Shown here piece after piece: positions 1-10,226 of a stretch of 64,000 nucleotides of DNA (positions are counted from its first letter, which is position 1; each line of letters begins with the position of its first letter). This DNA comes from Microcoleus sp. (lineage in GTDB: Bacteria > Cyanobacteriota > Cyanobacteriia > Cyanobacteriales > Microcoleaceae). Position numbers and translations under genes: made by a program. The notes beneath the pieces were generated by a model, which saw nothing but the letters and a program-made list of their open reading frames with translations, was not told the DNA's origin and ran no database searches. The DNA lies in the NCBI GenBank assembly GCA_052279835.1, contig CP181291.1, positions 5,856,001 through 5,920,000 on the forward strand, given 5' to 3'.

Positions 1-656
1 CAGAATTTCAGGAAGTAATTACTAAAAAACGCTTAACTGATGCAGGCTTTGACGAAACCAAGTCTCTCGCCGAGATAGTTGAAGATGCGGGAATGGATGG
101 AGAACAAGTCAAAGCAGCAGCGATCGCCGCCAGCGGTGCCGATGCCAAAGTAGTTGAAATGGCGATCGACAGTAATGCTAACTCAAAAATGGTCATGCCC
201 AAAGTCGAATTGCCCGATCGCTTCAAAAAGGCCGAACAGGTGACAGCACTTTCTCATCCCCGCTGGGGCCAAACATTTTTATCCACCTATACTCAATTTA
301 CCGCCATCCTAGCAGCAGCAGAATTTGCTAGCATCCCCGATGCGCAAAAGTTGGTTCGCAACTATTTAGAAGATCCAGCCATTAATGCTGGGATTTGGCA
401 TCGGCTAGCTAAATTTGACTCTGCAAAATTAGAACAAGTGTTGCAAACATTTCTGGAACGGCCTGATTTTCAGATCGATCGGGATTTAGATCCGTTACTC
501 CAAGAATTCAAAAAACCCTTAGAACCGGAATTGCCGGAAATAGCCAGCGTTCCCCAGCACCTGCACAATTTATTCCAGGAAGCTTTAGGCGAAGTCAATA
601 AGTCAAAATCCAAACCCCAGGACAAAAAGAAAACCTCTAAGGGCTTTAAATCCTGA
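1..656 (+). CDS. Hypothetical protein, 3' part (frame is open from the window start)
   Basis: Frame of ORF 93..656 has no stop back to position 3 (EFQEVITKKRLTDAGF...). Ends in a Lys-rich KKKTSKGFKS tail typical of cyanobacterial proteins. Confidence 0.75.
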   Translation, partial: EFQEVITKKRLTDAGFDETKSLAEIVEDAGMDGEQVKAAAIAASGADAKVVEMAIDSNANSKMVMPKVELPDRFKKAEQVTALSHPRWGQTFLSTYTQFTAILAAAEFASIPDAQKLVRNYLEDPAINAGIWHRLAKFDSAKLEQVLQTFLERPDFQIDRDLDPLLQEFKKPLEPELPEIASVPQHLHNLFQEALGEVNKSKSKPQDKKKTSKGFKS

Positions 657-675
657 CGGTGCAACACGGCGGCAC

Positions 676-920
676 TAAGTAAGTCAACCTAATTAAATGC
701 AAGATCCAAATCGCTCAAAAGCTTACTGGCTTGCTATTCTTCACATCGATCTCCCCCCTTGGGGGGGGCTGGGGGGGGGGTGACTTCTTCACATCGATCT
801 TCTACTTACCATCAACCCCCTACAAAATGATCTTTTTGGTGAGAATCAAACAGCCCTGCTTTTGTGCGGGGCGATACCCCGTCATTGTCCCGATCCCTGG
901 GCATCCTACGTAAGTCCTGT
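676..920. repeat. Cluster of MITE/REP fragments
   Basis: 16-bp direct repeat TTCTTCACATCGATCT (737-752, 785-800) flanks a C/G-run palindrome. CCCCTACAAAATGAT..GAGAATCAAACAGCCCTG resembles the right end of the 42.6-kb MITE. CGTAAGTCC matches the end of the 62.2-kb MITE. Confidence 0.6.
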
Positions 921-1173
921 TAATATTTGGTGACTCAGGTTGAATTCACCCTTGAACAATCACCACTATTCTCAGTAATCTAACGGATCAAAAGATTTTT
1001 GTGAGCGATCGAACCGATTGTCAATCTGTATCATCCCGGACAGATTAGTATCGCAATTGCATCTCTAGGGCTGATTTTCAAGATTTATTTCTATTGCCAC
1101 TTGACTCAAATTAGGTGCTATGATACTTCTCATAATCAGACAATAATCTTCATAAGTTTCCACAACAACTACA

Positions 1174-3060
1174 ATGATGCAAAATGTCTTTAAACAGTTG
1201 CAACACTTGCATGGAACGATCGCGCAACTACCTGTAGAGCAACAACAGATTTTCGCCAGCAATTTCGAGCAGTTGTCCGCATCTTTACAAGAATTGGCTG
1301 CGGAGTTTGAGTCGCTTTTATCATCGAAAAAAGATAAAATAAACTTAGAAAAAATTAACCGTAACTTAGAGATTAAATTTAGCCAGCAAGCTGCTACCCT
1401 GAGAAATTTAGATCAGCAGTTAGAAAGAAGCCAAATGCTTTACAAAAGAGTGAGTCAGGCACTCACTAAAGGAGAAGCTAGACTACAAACTCTCCTGCGA
1501 AACTCTTCGGACTTAATCGCAATTCTCGAAGCAGATGGACGGATTCGAGAACAAAGTTCCATCGCATTAGAGCGAATTTTAGGCTACAATCCCGAACAAA
1601 GAATTGGCAAATTTCCCGAAGATTTGCTCCACCCAGACGATGTACCTATTTGGCAAGCATATTTTGCCCAATTACTCAAACAGCCAGGGATTGCACCGCC
1701 TGTAGAATATCGGAAACGCCATGCTAACGGTTCTTGGGTGTATTTAGAAGTGATTGGTAACAATTTACTTCACGATTCCAGCATCAACGGCATAGTCATC
1801 AATTCCCGCGATATCACAGAGCGCAAGCTTTCCGCCACAGCCCTGGAAAAATCGCAAAAGCAAATCGTTAATATCTTAGAAAAAATTACCGATGGTTTTT
1901 TCACTCTCAACAGCAATTGGCAGTTTACCTACGTCAACCAAAAAGCAGAGCATTACTGGCAAAAAAACCGCGAACAACTTACAGGTAAAAAAATTTGGGA
2001 GGAGTTTCCCGCCACCGCCGATACCATTTTTTCCCAGCAGTTTTACCGCTCGGTAGCCGAGCAAGTGAATGTTAAATTTGAAACCTATTATCCGCCACTA
2101 AATGCTTGGTTTGAAATTGAGACTTATCCGTCAGATGAAGGTTTATCGGTGTTTTTTCAAGATATAAGCGATCGCAAAAAAGCCGAAGCAGCCCTGCGAA
2201 CATCAGAATCTCGCTACCGTATTATATCGGAAATCACCTCTGAATTTGCCTATGCTTTTAAAGTATTGCCCGATCGGACCTGGATTTGCGAATGGATGAC
2301 TGAAGCTGTGACTAATATTACGGGTTATACTAAAGAAGAAATCAGAACTTCCGGCGGTTTACAATTCCACTGCATTCATCCCGACGATGTAGAAATGTTA
2401 TTGGACCAAATGCAGTTTCGTGCATCGAGTAGCAAGGAAGTTAGCGAGTATCGAATTATCACGAAATCTGGTGAAATCCGGTGGATTTGGGATTGTCGGC
2501 AAGTGATGTGGGATGAAGTAGAAAACCGTGTTGTGGGCATTTATGGTGCTTGTCAGGACATCACCGAACACAAGTTAGCCCAGGCTAAATTGTGCGAAAC
2601 CAATCAAGTTTTACAAGGTTTAATGAAAGCTTTGCCCCTGCCCGTTGTCGCGATTGATACTAATGCCTTGGTGAAGGTGTGGAATCCGGCAGCAGAACGA
2701 ATTTTCGGCTGGAAAGAGTCTGAGGTTTTGGGGGAGCTGTTGCCCATTGTTCCGAGCGATGGAAACGTAGATTTTCATGCCATGTTTGACTCGGAATTGG
2801 CGGGGGAAAGTCAAGTTGCTAGGGAATGTCGGCGACGACGGAAAGACGGCTCATCCATTGATATGTCTCTGTGGAGTGTACCGATGCGAGATGCTGAGGG
2901 TTTGATTTCTGGGAGTATCAAGATATTTTCGGAGATTTCCGAAGCAAACGGCAAGGAAGAAAATGTCGGGCGATTGCTATCTCGCAAAGATAAACCAGAG
3001 CCATTTTGGGCTCGTTATGTCAACCTGCCTACGGGAATTAAAAACTTACAAACAATTTGA
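1174..3060 (+). CDS. Multi-PAS (PAS/PAC S-box) sensor protein with N-terminal coiled coil and no output domain
   Basis: About 4 PAS/PAC units (HPDD motifs; RDITERK, QDISDRK, QDITEHK linkers). No H-box, GGDEF or REC motif at the C-terminus. Confidence 0.85.
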   Translation: MMQNVFKQLQHLHGTIAQLPVEQQQIFASNFEQLSASLQELAAEFESLLSSKKDKINLEKINRNLEIKFSQQAATLRNLDQQLERSQMLYKRVSQALTKGEARLQTLLRNSSDLIAILEADGRIREQSSIALERILGYNPEQRIGKFPEDLLHPDDVPIWQAYFAQLLKQPGIAPPVEYRKRHANGSWVYLEVIGNNLLHDSSINGIVINSRDITERKLSATALEKSQKQIVNILEKITDGFFTLNSNWQFTYVNQKAEHYWQKNREQLTGKKIWEEFPATADTIFSQQFYRSVAEQVNVKFETYYPPLNAWFEIETYPSDEGLSVFFQDISDRKKAEAALRTSESRYRIISEITSEFAYAFKVLPDRTWICEWMTEAVTNITGYTKEEIRTSGGLQFHCIHPDDVEMLLDQMQFRASSSKEVSEYRIITKSGEIRWIWDCRQVMWDEVENRVVGIYGACQDITEHKLAQAKLCETNQVLQGLMKALPLPVVAIDTNALVKVWNPAAERIFGWKESEVLGELLPIVPSDGNVDFHAMFDSELAGESQVARECRRRRKDGSSIDMSLWSVPMRDAEGLISGSIKIFSEISEANGKEENVGRLLSRKDKPEPFWARYVNLPTGIKNLQTI

Positions 3061-3077
3061 AATTTTTGTGAGGTGGG

Positions 3078-3215
3078 CTAGGGCGTGTTTTCAAACTACT
3101 CCTTAAGATTTAGATCCCCCTAAATCCCCCTTAAAAAGGGGGACTTAAAGACTCTTTCCCCCCCCTTTTTAAGGGGGGCTGGGGGGGATCTCCGGGGAGA
3201 GAAAACACGCCCTAG
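3078..3215. mobile_element. MITE with terminal inverted repeats and internal C/G-run palindromes
   Basis: TIR CTAGGGCGTGTTTTC...GAAAACACGCCCTAG. Internal ATCCCCCTAAATCCCCCTTAAAAAGGGGGAC is shared with repeats at 16.0, 42.9 and 44.2 kb. Confidence 0.8.
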
Positions 3216-3249
3216 CCCGCGCCTCGCATCAAATTTGAATAGATATAGT

Positions 3250-3567
3250 TTAATCTTTAACTTGTCGAACAGCCATCCGTTGTAGCGGCAGACTGAGGAT
3301 GCTGGAAACAGTCAACAAGTAAGAAAGAACCGTAGTCAGCTTTAGGGTGGCAAGCAACCAGTGGTCTTCTGACAGGGGCATCTTGAGCCCTAGGACAGAG
3401 ATGGAGTAGACTATAGAGTACAGAAAACTCATCTTCATCAGCATTTCTTCATTTAATGTGCGATCGTCCGTGGGCGCAGAGTGGCGATCGCCCAGCAGGA
3501 CTAGACCGGCAATAGAAGCGACAAAAGAAACCATGACCAGATAGTCGTGCAGGCTAAGCTCAACCAT
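3250..3567 (-). CDS. Small hypothetical membrane protein (about 3 TM helices)
   Basis: 105-aa ORF with three hydrophobic stretches; AAGGAAG upstream of the ATG. Confidence 0.7.
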   Translation of the reverse strand: MVELSLHDYLVMVSFVASIAGLVLLGDRHSAPTDDRTLNEEMLMKMSFLYSIVYSISVLGLKMPLSEDHWLLATLKLTTVLSYLLTVSSILSLPLQRMAVRQVKD

Positions 3568-3679
3568 TTTCCAACTTCCTTGTTATCCTACTTTTTATAA
3601 TCAAACATCAGTCTAAAGGATCTGTTTTCTGCTACCTAGCAATAGTTACAAATTGACACAGCGGCATTTACAAATCTCA

Positions 3680-4579
3680 ATGAAAACTCATCGCGATCGA
3701 CAGCCCCACCGTTTAGTCAGCAGAAAAGGACAATTCACCCTGAATGTGGTGAGGCTGGGCTTACCTCGCCTGCATTTTGCCGACCTTTACCACGGGCTGC
3801 TAACTCTTTCTTGGCCGAAATTTTTTATTTTAATTAGTCTGCTTTATGTCCTTACAAATTCCTTATTTGCCTTAGCTTATTTAGCCGGAGGAAATTGTAT
3901 CGCCAATGCTAGACCTGGTTCTTTCCAAGATGCCTTTTATTTCAGCGTGCAAACAATGGCTACTATCGGCTATGGTTCCATGTATCCGCGCACGGATTAT
4001 GCTAATACCATAGTTGCGATCCAAGCATTTTTTGCTTTGTGGGGAGTGGCGATGGTGACAGGACTTGCTTTTTCGAGATTTTCTAAGCCGACAGCTAGAG
4101 TTATATTCAGTCGCATCGCTGTTATTGCTCCTTTCAACGGTGTTCAGACTCTCATGTATCGCACTGCAAATCAGCGCTTCAATCAAATTTTAGAAGCACA
4201 GCAACGAGCTACTTTGATTCGCGATGAGGTAACATCGGATGGGGATTATATGCGGCGTTTTTACGATTTGACTTTGGTGCGGAGTCAGTCTCCAATTTTT
4301 GCCTTAACTTGGACGGTGATGCACGTAATTGATGAGAATAGTCCTCTTTACAAACTTAGTGCTAAGGACTTGAGCGAGCAGCAAGCAGAAATTGTAATTA
4401 CGCTAACGGGTATTGATGAAACCGTGTCCCAAACTATTCATGCTCGCCATTCTTTTGTCGCTTCGGAAATTCTCTGGAATATGAAGTTTGTAGATATCAT
4501 ATCGAGAACTCCCGCCGGCAAACGGGTAGTTGATTATACTTGTTTCCATGAGGTCAAGCCTATTGAAGAGAATTTGTGA
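3680..4579 (+). CDS. Inward-rectifier potassium channel (KirBac-like)
   Basis: Selectivity filter SVQTMATIGYG between two TM helices; cytoplasmic Kir domain (WTVMHVIDENSPL). ATG at 3680 chosen as start. Confidence 0.92.
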   Translation: MKTHRDRQPHRLVSRKGQFTLNVVRLGLPRLHFADLYHGLLTLSWPKFFILISLLYVLTNSLFALAYLAGGNCIANARPGSFQDAFYFSVQTMATIGYGSMYPRTDYANTIVAIQAFFALWGVAMVTGLAFSRFSKPTARVIFSRIAVIAPFNGVQTLMYRTANQRFNQILEAQQRATLIRDEVTSDGDYMRRFYDLTLVRSQSPIFALTWTVMHVIDENSPLYKLSAKDLSEQQAEIVITLTGIDETVSQTIHARHSFVASEILWNMKFVDIISRTPAGKRVVDYTCFHEVKPIEENL

Positions 4580-4704
4580 GTCTAATTGTGTTAGAATACC
4601 TTGAGGATGAGAATAATTAATATTTATAAAACGAGCGAGATTGAAAACGGGCGCGTTTTTACGATCGCCCAAAGTATTAAAATAGACAAAATACTCTTGG
4701 TACT

Positions 4705-5880
4705 ATGCGAATAATTCATACTGCTGATTGGCACTTAGGACGACGTTTTCGAGGAATTGACCGCACTCCCGAAATTGCGATCGCCCTGGAAGAAATTTTG
4801 CAGGCGGCCAAAACCTGGGATGTGGATGCTGTGCTCATCGCCGGGGACATTTTCGATGTACCCAATCCCACTGCTTATGCCGAACGCATTGCTTATCATT
4901 TTTTCTGTGAATTGCAAGCGGCGGGAATTCCCGCCATTGCGATCGCCGGGAATCATGACTCGGCATCCCGGATGGACAGCATTGCCCAATTACTTTCCCT
5001 CGCCGGAGTTCGTGCTTTAGGTAAACCCAGGCGATCGGCTGATGGTGGCACAATTCATCTTAACACAAAAAGTGGCAAACTTTGCGTGGGAGCCATGCCT
5101 TTTGCTTCAGAACAAAAGCTATTAGATGCGAACGCTTTGTGGGAATCTGACGATGGCGAGTTCCGCAAAAATTACCGAGAAATGGTAGCTGATTTATTAC
5201 AAAACTTAACTCAGGATTTTCGAGACAATACTGTGAATATGCTCCTGGGACACATGAGTATTGATGGCGCGAGATTAGCTAAATCTGAAGTCGCTTATTA
5301 CACGCGAGAAAAATACCTGCTTTCACCCCAAACCCTGCCTGGGGAAGCTCAATATATCGCCCTCGGACACATCCACATCCACCAGCGCCTAGCCCAAAAT
5401 TCTCCTGCTTATTATTCCGGTTCTTTAATTCAGTTAGACTTTGGAGAAGCGGCACAAGAAAAAGGATTTTGTTTGATTGAACTTGAGCCTGGAAGTCAGC
5501 CGAAAGTGGAATTTAAACCTGTGACTTGCCATAAGCCCTTAAAAGTGCTTCAATGTCATCATGACCATCTAGATCAAACTTTAGAAGCTCATCGCTATCA
5601 TCCCGGTTTTTTGAAAGTAATTGTAGAAATGGAAAGTCCACAAATCGGACTTGCCGATCGAGTGCGCCAAATCTGTTCTCAAGCGCTGTTAATTGAACCG
5701 CGCTACCCAGAATCATCCCTAGAATCGACAGACATCACTCACATCGATCCCAATAATTTCGATCCCGCAGCCGAATTCTGCAATTACTATCAACATCGAT
5801 TGGGAACCACACCGCAACCAGTAGTCTTGAAAGAATTTGATAATTTGTACAAAAAATTTAAGGAAAAAGTTAATACTTAA
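4705..5880 (+). CDS. sbcD: Exonuclease SbcCD subunit D
   Basis: Metallophosphoesterase motifs HTADWHLG, AGDIFD, GNHD, LGHIH; directly upstream of an SMC ATPase. Confidence 0.93.
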   Translation: MRIIHTADWHLGRRFRGIDRTPEIAIALEEILQAAKTWDVDAVLIAGDIFDVPNPTAYAERIAYHFFCELQAAGIPAIAIAGNHDSASRMDSIAQLLSLAGVRALGKPRRSADGGTIHLNTKSGKLCVGAMPFASEQKLLDANALWESDDGEFRKNYREMVADLLQNLTQDFRDNTVNMLLGHMSIDGARLAKSEVAYYTREKYLLSPQTLPGEAQYIALGHIHIHQRLAQNSPAYYSGSLIQLDFGEAAQEKGFCLIELEPGSQPKVEFKPVTCHKPLKVLQCHHDHLDQTLEAHRYHPGFLKVIVEMESPQIGLADRVRQICSQALLIEPRYPESSLESTDITHIDPNNFDPAAEFCNYYQHRLGTTPQPVVLKEFDNLYKKFKEKVNT

Positions 5881-5962
5881 ATAATTGTGTAACTGCGTTA
5901 CCAGGAAGAACACGGTAACAAGTAAACGAGTAAAAGTCCCAAATCCCAAATCTAAAATTAGT

Positions 5963-8900
5963 ATGCGTCCACTTGAACTTTCGATCGAAGGATTTACCAG
6001 TTTCCGCAACGAACAGCGTTTGGATTTTTCCGAACTGGATTTATTTGCAATTACTGGTCCTACCGGTGCCGGTAAATCTTCCTTGCTAGATGCGATGACT
6101 TATGCTCTTTTTGGTACGACAACTCGTAGCGGAAAACAAGTAAGTGATTTAGTAAGTCAAGGGAGTGAAAATTTAAAAGTTCAGTTGCGTTTTGTTGTGG
6201 GTTCCTCCCAGTATCGGGTGACGCGAAAGTGGCGCTACCGTCCTAAAGCTCCTGAAAATAAGGTGATTTTGGAAAGTTGGCAACAGGGCGAATGGGAAAC
6301 TTTAGAAACCAGTATTGTTGCTGTCCAAAAAATTATTGAACAGATTTTAGGAATGGATTTTGATACTTTTACACGAGCGATTATCCTACCTCAAGGTAAG
6401 TTTGATGAATTCATTAAGGGTGATAAATCCAAACGTCGAGAAATTTTGCGACAGTTAGCGGGATTTGAGATTTTTGAGCAGATGCGGAAGGAAGCAACTG
6501 AACTGGCGAAGTTGTTGAAACAAGAGCGGGAAATGGTGGAACGTCAGTTAGTTGAGTTGAGCGCCCCCATCGCCGAGGAATTAACCCAAAGGCGATCGCA
6601 ACTGACAAGCTTAGAGCGGCAATTGCCAGAATTGGAACAGGAGTATATTAAATTACAAAAGGCTCTAGAGGAAGAAGAACAACTATTTTTACAAATCAGA
6701 AAACTGGAGAGTTTGCAACAGCAATTAACTCAATTAACAGCTAATTCTCAAGGGATAATAGTGCTGACGCAGCGCCTAGAAAGGTCGAAATCTGCCAATA
6801 ATTTACAGGCAGATTGGGCTTTGGTTCAACAAGCTCGCGGACAATATGTCACCGCGGAAAATAATGCTAAGGTGACGCAAGAACAACTAATCAAATCTCG
6901 CTCGGAATTAGCAGCACAGCAGCAGCAACTGGAGGCTGCACAAGCTACGAAAAAGGCTGTGGCAGTTAACATTAAAGCGCGTGAAGATGCTCTGGCTACT
7001 GCCAAAGTATATGAAGAACAACGCTGTCAATTAGAAAAAGAAGTGGCGATGGTTCAAAAAAAGGTACAGGAAAAATTGCGGATTTTAAAAGTAGTAGAGA
7101 AAGAACTGGAAGCTGCTAATCATAAAATGCAAACTTCGGGATTCCTGCTTACTCAAACAGTCGCACTGATGCAACAGTTTTCGGCGGGGGGACAATATTT
7201 GGAAAAGTTGCAGCAAGCATCACCTTTATTGATCGAATTTCAGTTATTACAAAAACAGGCGAAAAATCAACAGCAACAGTTAAATAAAAATGTCACAGAA
7301 CGGCAAAATCTCCAAGAGAATTATAGTCTGATTTCTGATAAATTAGCAGTAGCAGAAGCTAAGCTCAAAAAGTGCGTTGAGGAGTTAGAAGCAGCGGAAG
7401 CAGCTAATGCGGAAGCTGCGGATTTAGAGCGTGTGGCTGCTGTCAGAATGTCCTTGAATGCCGGGGATATGTGTCCGGTATGTGGGGGGTTACATCCTGA
7501 GAGCGATCGCCTGCCCTATTTAGCCAAGTCAAAGATTGTCGATCTCGCTCCTTTCCGTGAAAAAATAGCTACAGCCAATCAGGTTGTTAAGGTGATTCAA
7601 CTAGCGACAAGTGAAGCTAAAAGCTCTCTTTTAGCCAGTGAAAAAAAGGAGGCTGAAATTGCTCAGGGATTAAAAGAAAATCTGAAGATAGTGACAAAAA
7701 TACAGGAAAAAATTAATGATATAATGGATGCTTCTGACTGGGAAGCTGCTAAATTGCAGCAGGAGTTATTAAGTTTAAAAGAGAGCGATCGCCAATATCG
7801 AGAAACTGAACAACAGTTTCAACAAGCATCAATTGAATATGAAAAAAATCAACAATTATTGACTTTTTTAGAATCGACAACAGCAGCGAAACAAGAAGAC
7901 TATCAAAATGCGATCGCCGAAGCCGACCTCCGACAGCAACAGTTACGAAATTGCGCCAATGCGCTTTATCGAATTACCGAAGATCGACCTTACGATAATT
8001 TAGCAAAATCTCTAGAACAAGACAAACAAAACTTAGAAACCTTGCTCAACTCGGCAGAAAAGGATTATCAAACAGCCTATGCTAATACAATTCAAGCCAT
8101 AGAAATACATAAACAAGCCACCACGATGCTGGAAGCAGCTATTACCCAAAAACAGGAAATTAACGGAGATTGGCAAAAAAAATTAACCGAAGCTAATTTT
8201 ACAGAAGATACTTTTGTAGCAGCAGTTGTCCCACCTAAAAAACAATCTACCTGGGAAAGTGCCATTCGGGACTATCGGGAATCGAAAATCCAGTTAGAGA
8301 CCAGGGAAAAAGACTTGAACGAGCTGATTGCAGGCAAGACTACTAATGAAAATATCCTAGCACAGATGCGATCGGCAAAATATGTCGCCCAAGAAAACTT
8401 AAAACAAGCTAACAACAACCGTGCCGAACTATTAGTTTGGATAAAAGTAGCCGAAAAAAATCTCGAACAAGCCGAAAGACTGTCGCAACAAATCACCAAT
8501 TTAACAGAACAAGAGCAAACTTATCACACCTTAGCCCAAAATCTCAAAACCAACGAATTTCAATCCTACATCTTAGAACATTTAGAAGCAGAATTAGTCG
8601 GCAGCGCCACCTTGATTTTACAAGAATTAACCGAGAATCGTTACACACTAAAAATCCAAGAGGGTGAATACTGGGTAGCAGATAATTGGAATGGTGGGGA
8701 AGCCAGACGAGTGCGAACACTTTCCGGCGGCGAAACCTTTGCTACTTCCTTATCAATGGCCTTAGCTTTGTCGGAAAAGCTGTCTCAAGGTGCTCACTTG
8801 GGTAGCTTGTTTCTGGATGAAGGATTTGGCACTTTAGATGCAGAAACTCTCGAAAGTGTTACCCTAATCTTAGAATCTTTGCGGCAACAAGAAAGGCTAA

Positions 8901-9004
8901 TTGGAGTCATTACTCATGTTCGAGGATTGGGAGAAAGATTACCAGCACAGGTGAAAGTTTACAAATCCCCTAAAGGCTCTAGAATTGAAGTAAAAAAAGT
9001 TTAA
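5963..9004 (+). CDS. sbcC: Exonuclease SbcCD subunit C (SMC-family ATPase)
   Basis: Walker A GPTGAGKS, long coiled coils with CPVC zinc hook, signature LSGGE, Walker B LFLDEGFGTLD. Start MRPLEL at 5963. Confidence 0.95.
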   Translation: MRPLELSIEGFTSFRNEQRLDFSELDLFAITGPTGAGKSSLLDAMTYALFGTTTRSGKQVSDLVSQGSENLKVQLRFVVGSSQYRVTRKWRYRPKAPENKVILESWQQGEWETLETSIVAVQKIIEQILGMDFDTFTRAIILPQGKFDEFIKGDKSKRREILRQLAGFEIFEQMRKEATELAKLLKQEREMVERQLVELSAPIAEELTQRRSQLTSLERQLPELEQEYIKLQKALEEEEQLFLQIRKLESLQQQLTQLTANSQGIIVLTQRLERSKSANNLQADWALVQQARGQYVTAENNAKVTQEQLIKSRSELAAQQQQLEAAQATKKAVAVNIKAREDALATAKVYEEQRCQLEKEVAMVQKKVQEKLRILKVVEKELEAANHKMQTSGFLLTQTVALMQQFSAGGQYLEKLQQASPLLIEFQLLQKQAKNQQQQLNKNVTERQNLQENYSLISDKLAVAEAKLKKCVEELEAAEAANAEAADLERVAAVRMSLNAGDMCPVCGGLHPESDRLPYLAKSKIVDLAPFREKIATANQVVKVIQLATSEAKSSLLASEKKEAEIAQGLKENLKIVTKIQEKINDIMDASDWEAAKLQQELLSLKESDRQYRETEQQFQQASIEYEKNQQLLTFLESTTAAKQEDYQNAIAEADLRQQQLRNCANALYRITEDRPYDNLAKSLEQDKQNLETLLNSAEKDYQTAYANTIQAIEIHKQATTMLEAAITQKQEINGDWQKKLTEANFTEDTFVAAVVPPKKQSTWESAIRDYRESKIQLETREKDLNELIAGKTTNENILAQMRSAKYVAQENLKQANNNRAELLVWIKVAEKNLEQAERLSQQITNLTEQEQTYHTLAQNLKTNEFQSYILEHLEAELVGSATLILQELTENRYTLKIQEGEYWVADNWNGGEARRVRTLSGGETFATSLSMALALSEKLSQGAHLGSLFLDEGFGTLDAETLESVTLILESLRQQERLIGVITHVRGLGERLPAQVKVYKSPKGSRIEVKKV

Positions 9005-9053
9005 GAATCGGAAAGTTCGGCGACGGATAACACATCAAAAAAACAAAGATTAT

Positions 9054-10223
9054 ATGAAAATCAACCCCACTAGAATGGAATCCGTACAGTCGCCAATTAT
9101 TCCTGTTGTCGGTGAACTAATCCGCCAAAATCCAGGGACTATATCTTTAGGACAAGGCGTAGTTTTTTACAATCCACCGCCACAATCCTTGGCAAAAATT
9201 CCCGAATTTCTCGCAAATCCCGACAATCACAAATACAAAGCTGTGGAAGGAATTCCAGCGCTACAGGATGCCATAGCAACCAAACTCAAAGCAGACAATG
9301 GTATTGAAATTAATCGAAACAACTCCATTGTGGTGACAGCAGGTAGCAATATGGGATTTATCAATGCTATTCTTGCTATCACGGCGGGGGGAGATGAAGT
9401 GATTATTCAATCACCCTATTACTTCAATCATGAAATGGCGATTATCATGGCAAATTGCCGTCCCGTCATCGTAGCCAGTGATGAAAATTATCAACTAAAT
9501 TTGGATGCAATTAAAACCGCAATTACTGACAAAACGCGAGCCATTGTCACGATTTCACCAAACAACCCAACCGGTGTAGTTTATAGTGTAAAATCACTCC
9601 GGGAAGTGAACGAGCTTTGTCGCCAACACAACATTTATCATATCAGTGATGAAGCCTACGAATATTTTACCTATGACGGGGTTAAACACTTTTCACCTGC
9701 TGCTTTTCCCCATAGCAGCGAACATACAATTTCCCTATTTACGCTTTCCAAAGCCTACGGTTTTGCTAGTTGGCGAATTGGGTATATGGTAATTCCCGAA
9801 AAATTGTTGGTTTCTGTTAGGAAAATTCAAGATACAATTCTGATTTGTCCCCCAGTAATTTCTCAGTATGTAGCCTTGGGAGCCTTGCAAGGGGGGCGAG
9901 AATACTGCGATAATTATGTCAGGGCGATCGCCTCCGTGCGACAACTCGTATTACAGGAACTCAATCACCTGCAAAACTACTGTACAATTTCGTCGGCTGC
10001 GGGAGCTTTCTACTTTTTCTTGAAAATTGAGACCCAAATCGATACAATGGAATTAGTGGAACAATTAATTCGCGAATACAAAGTGGCGGTGCTTCCAGGC
10101 ACAACTTTTGGTATGGAGAATGGTTGCTATTTACGCATCGCCTTCGGTGCCCTGGATTCAGAAACCTGCGTCGCAGGGATTAGCAGATTAGTTACAGGTT
10201 TGAAAACAATTTTAGGAGCATAA
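9054..10223 (+). CDS. PLP-dependent aminotransferase class I/II
   Basis: ISPNNPTG, SDEAY and SKAYGFASWRIG motifs. Confidence 0.92.
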   Translation: MKINPTRMESVQSPIIPVVGELIRQNPGTISLGQGVVFYNPPPQSLAKIPEFLANPDNHKYKAVEGIPALQDAIATKLKADNGIEINRNNSIVVTAGSNMGFINAILAITAGGDEVIIQSPYYFNHEMAIIMANCRPVIVASDENYQLNLDAIKTAITDKTRAIVTISPNNPTGVVYSVKSLREVNELCRQHNIYHISDEAYEYFTYDGVKHFSPAAFPHSSEHTISLFTLSKAYGFASWRIGYMVIPEKLLVSVRKIQDTILICPPVISQYVALGALQGGREYCDNYVRAIASVRQLVLQELNHLQNYCTISSAAGAFYFFLKIETQIDTMELVEQLIREYKVAVLPGTTFGMENGCYLRIAFGALDSETCVAGISRLVTGLKTILGA

Positions 10224-10226
10224 AAA

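Noticed and set aside
4705..9004. Nuclease plus SMC ATPase as a novel defence system
   Set aside because: Motifs and gene order match housekeeping SbcDC, including the zinc hook.
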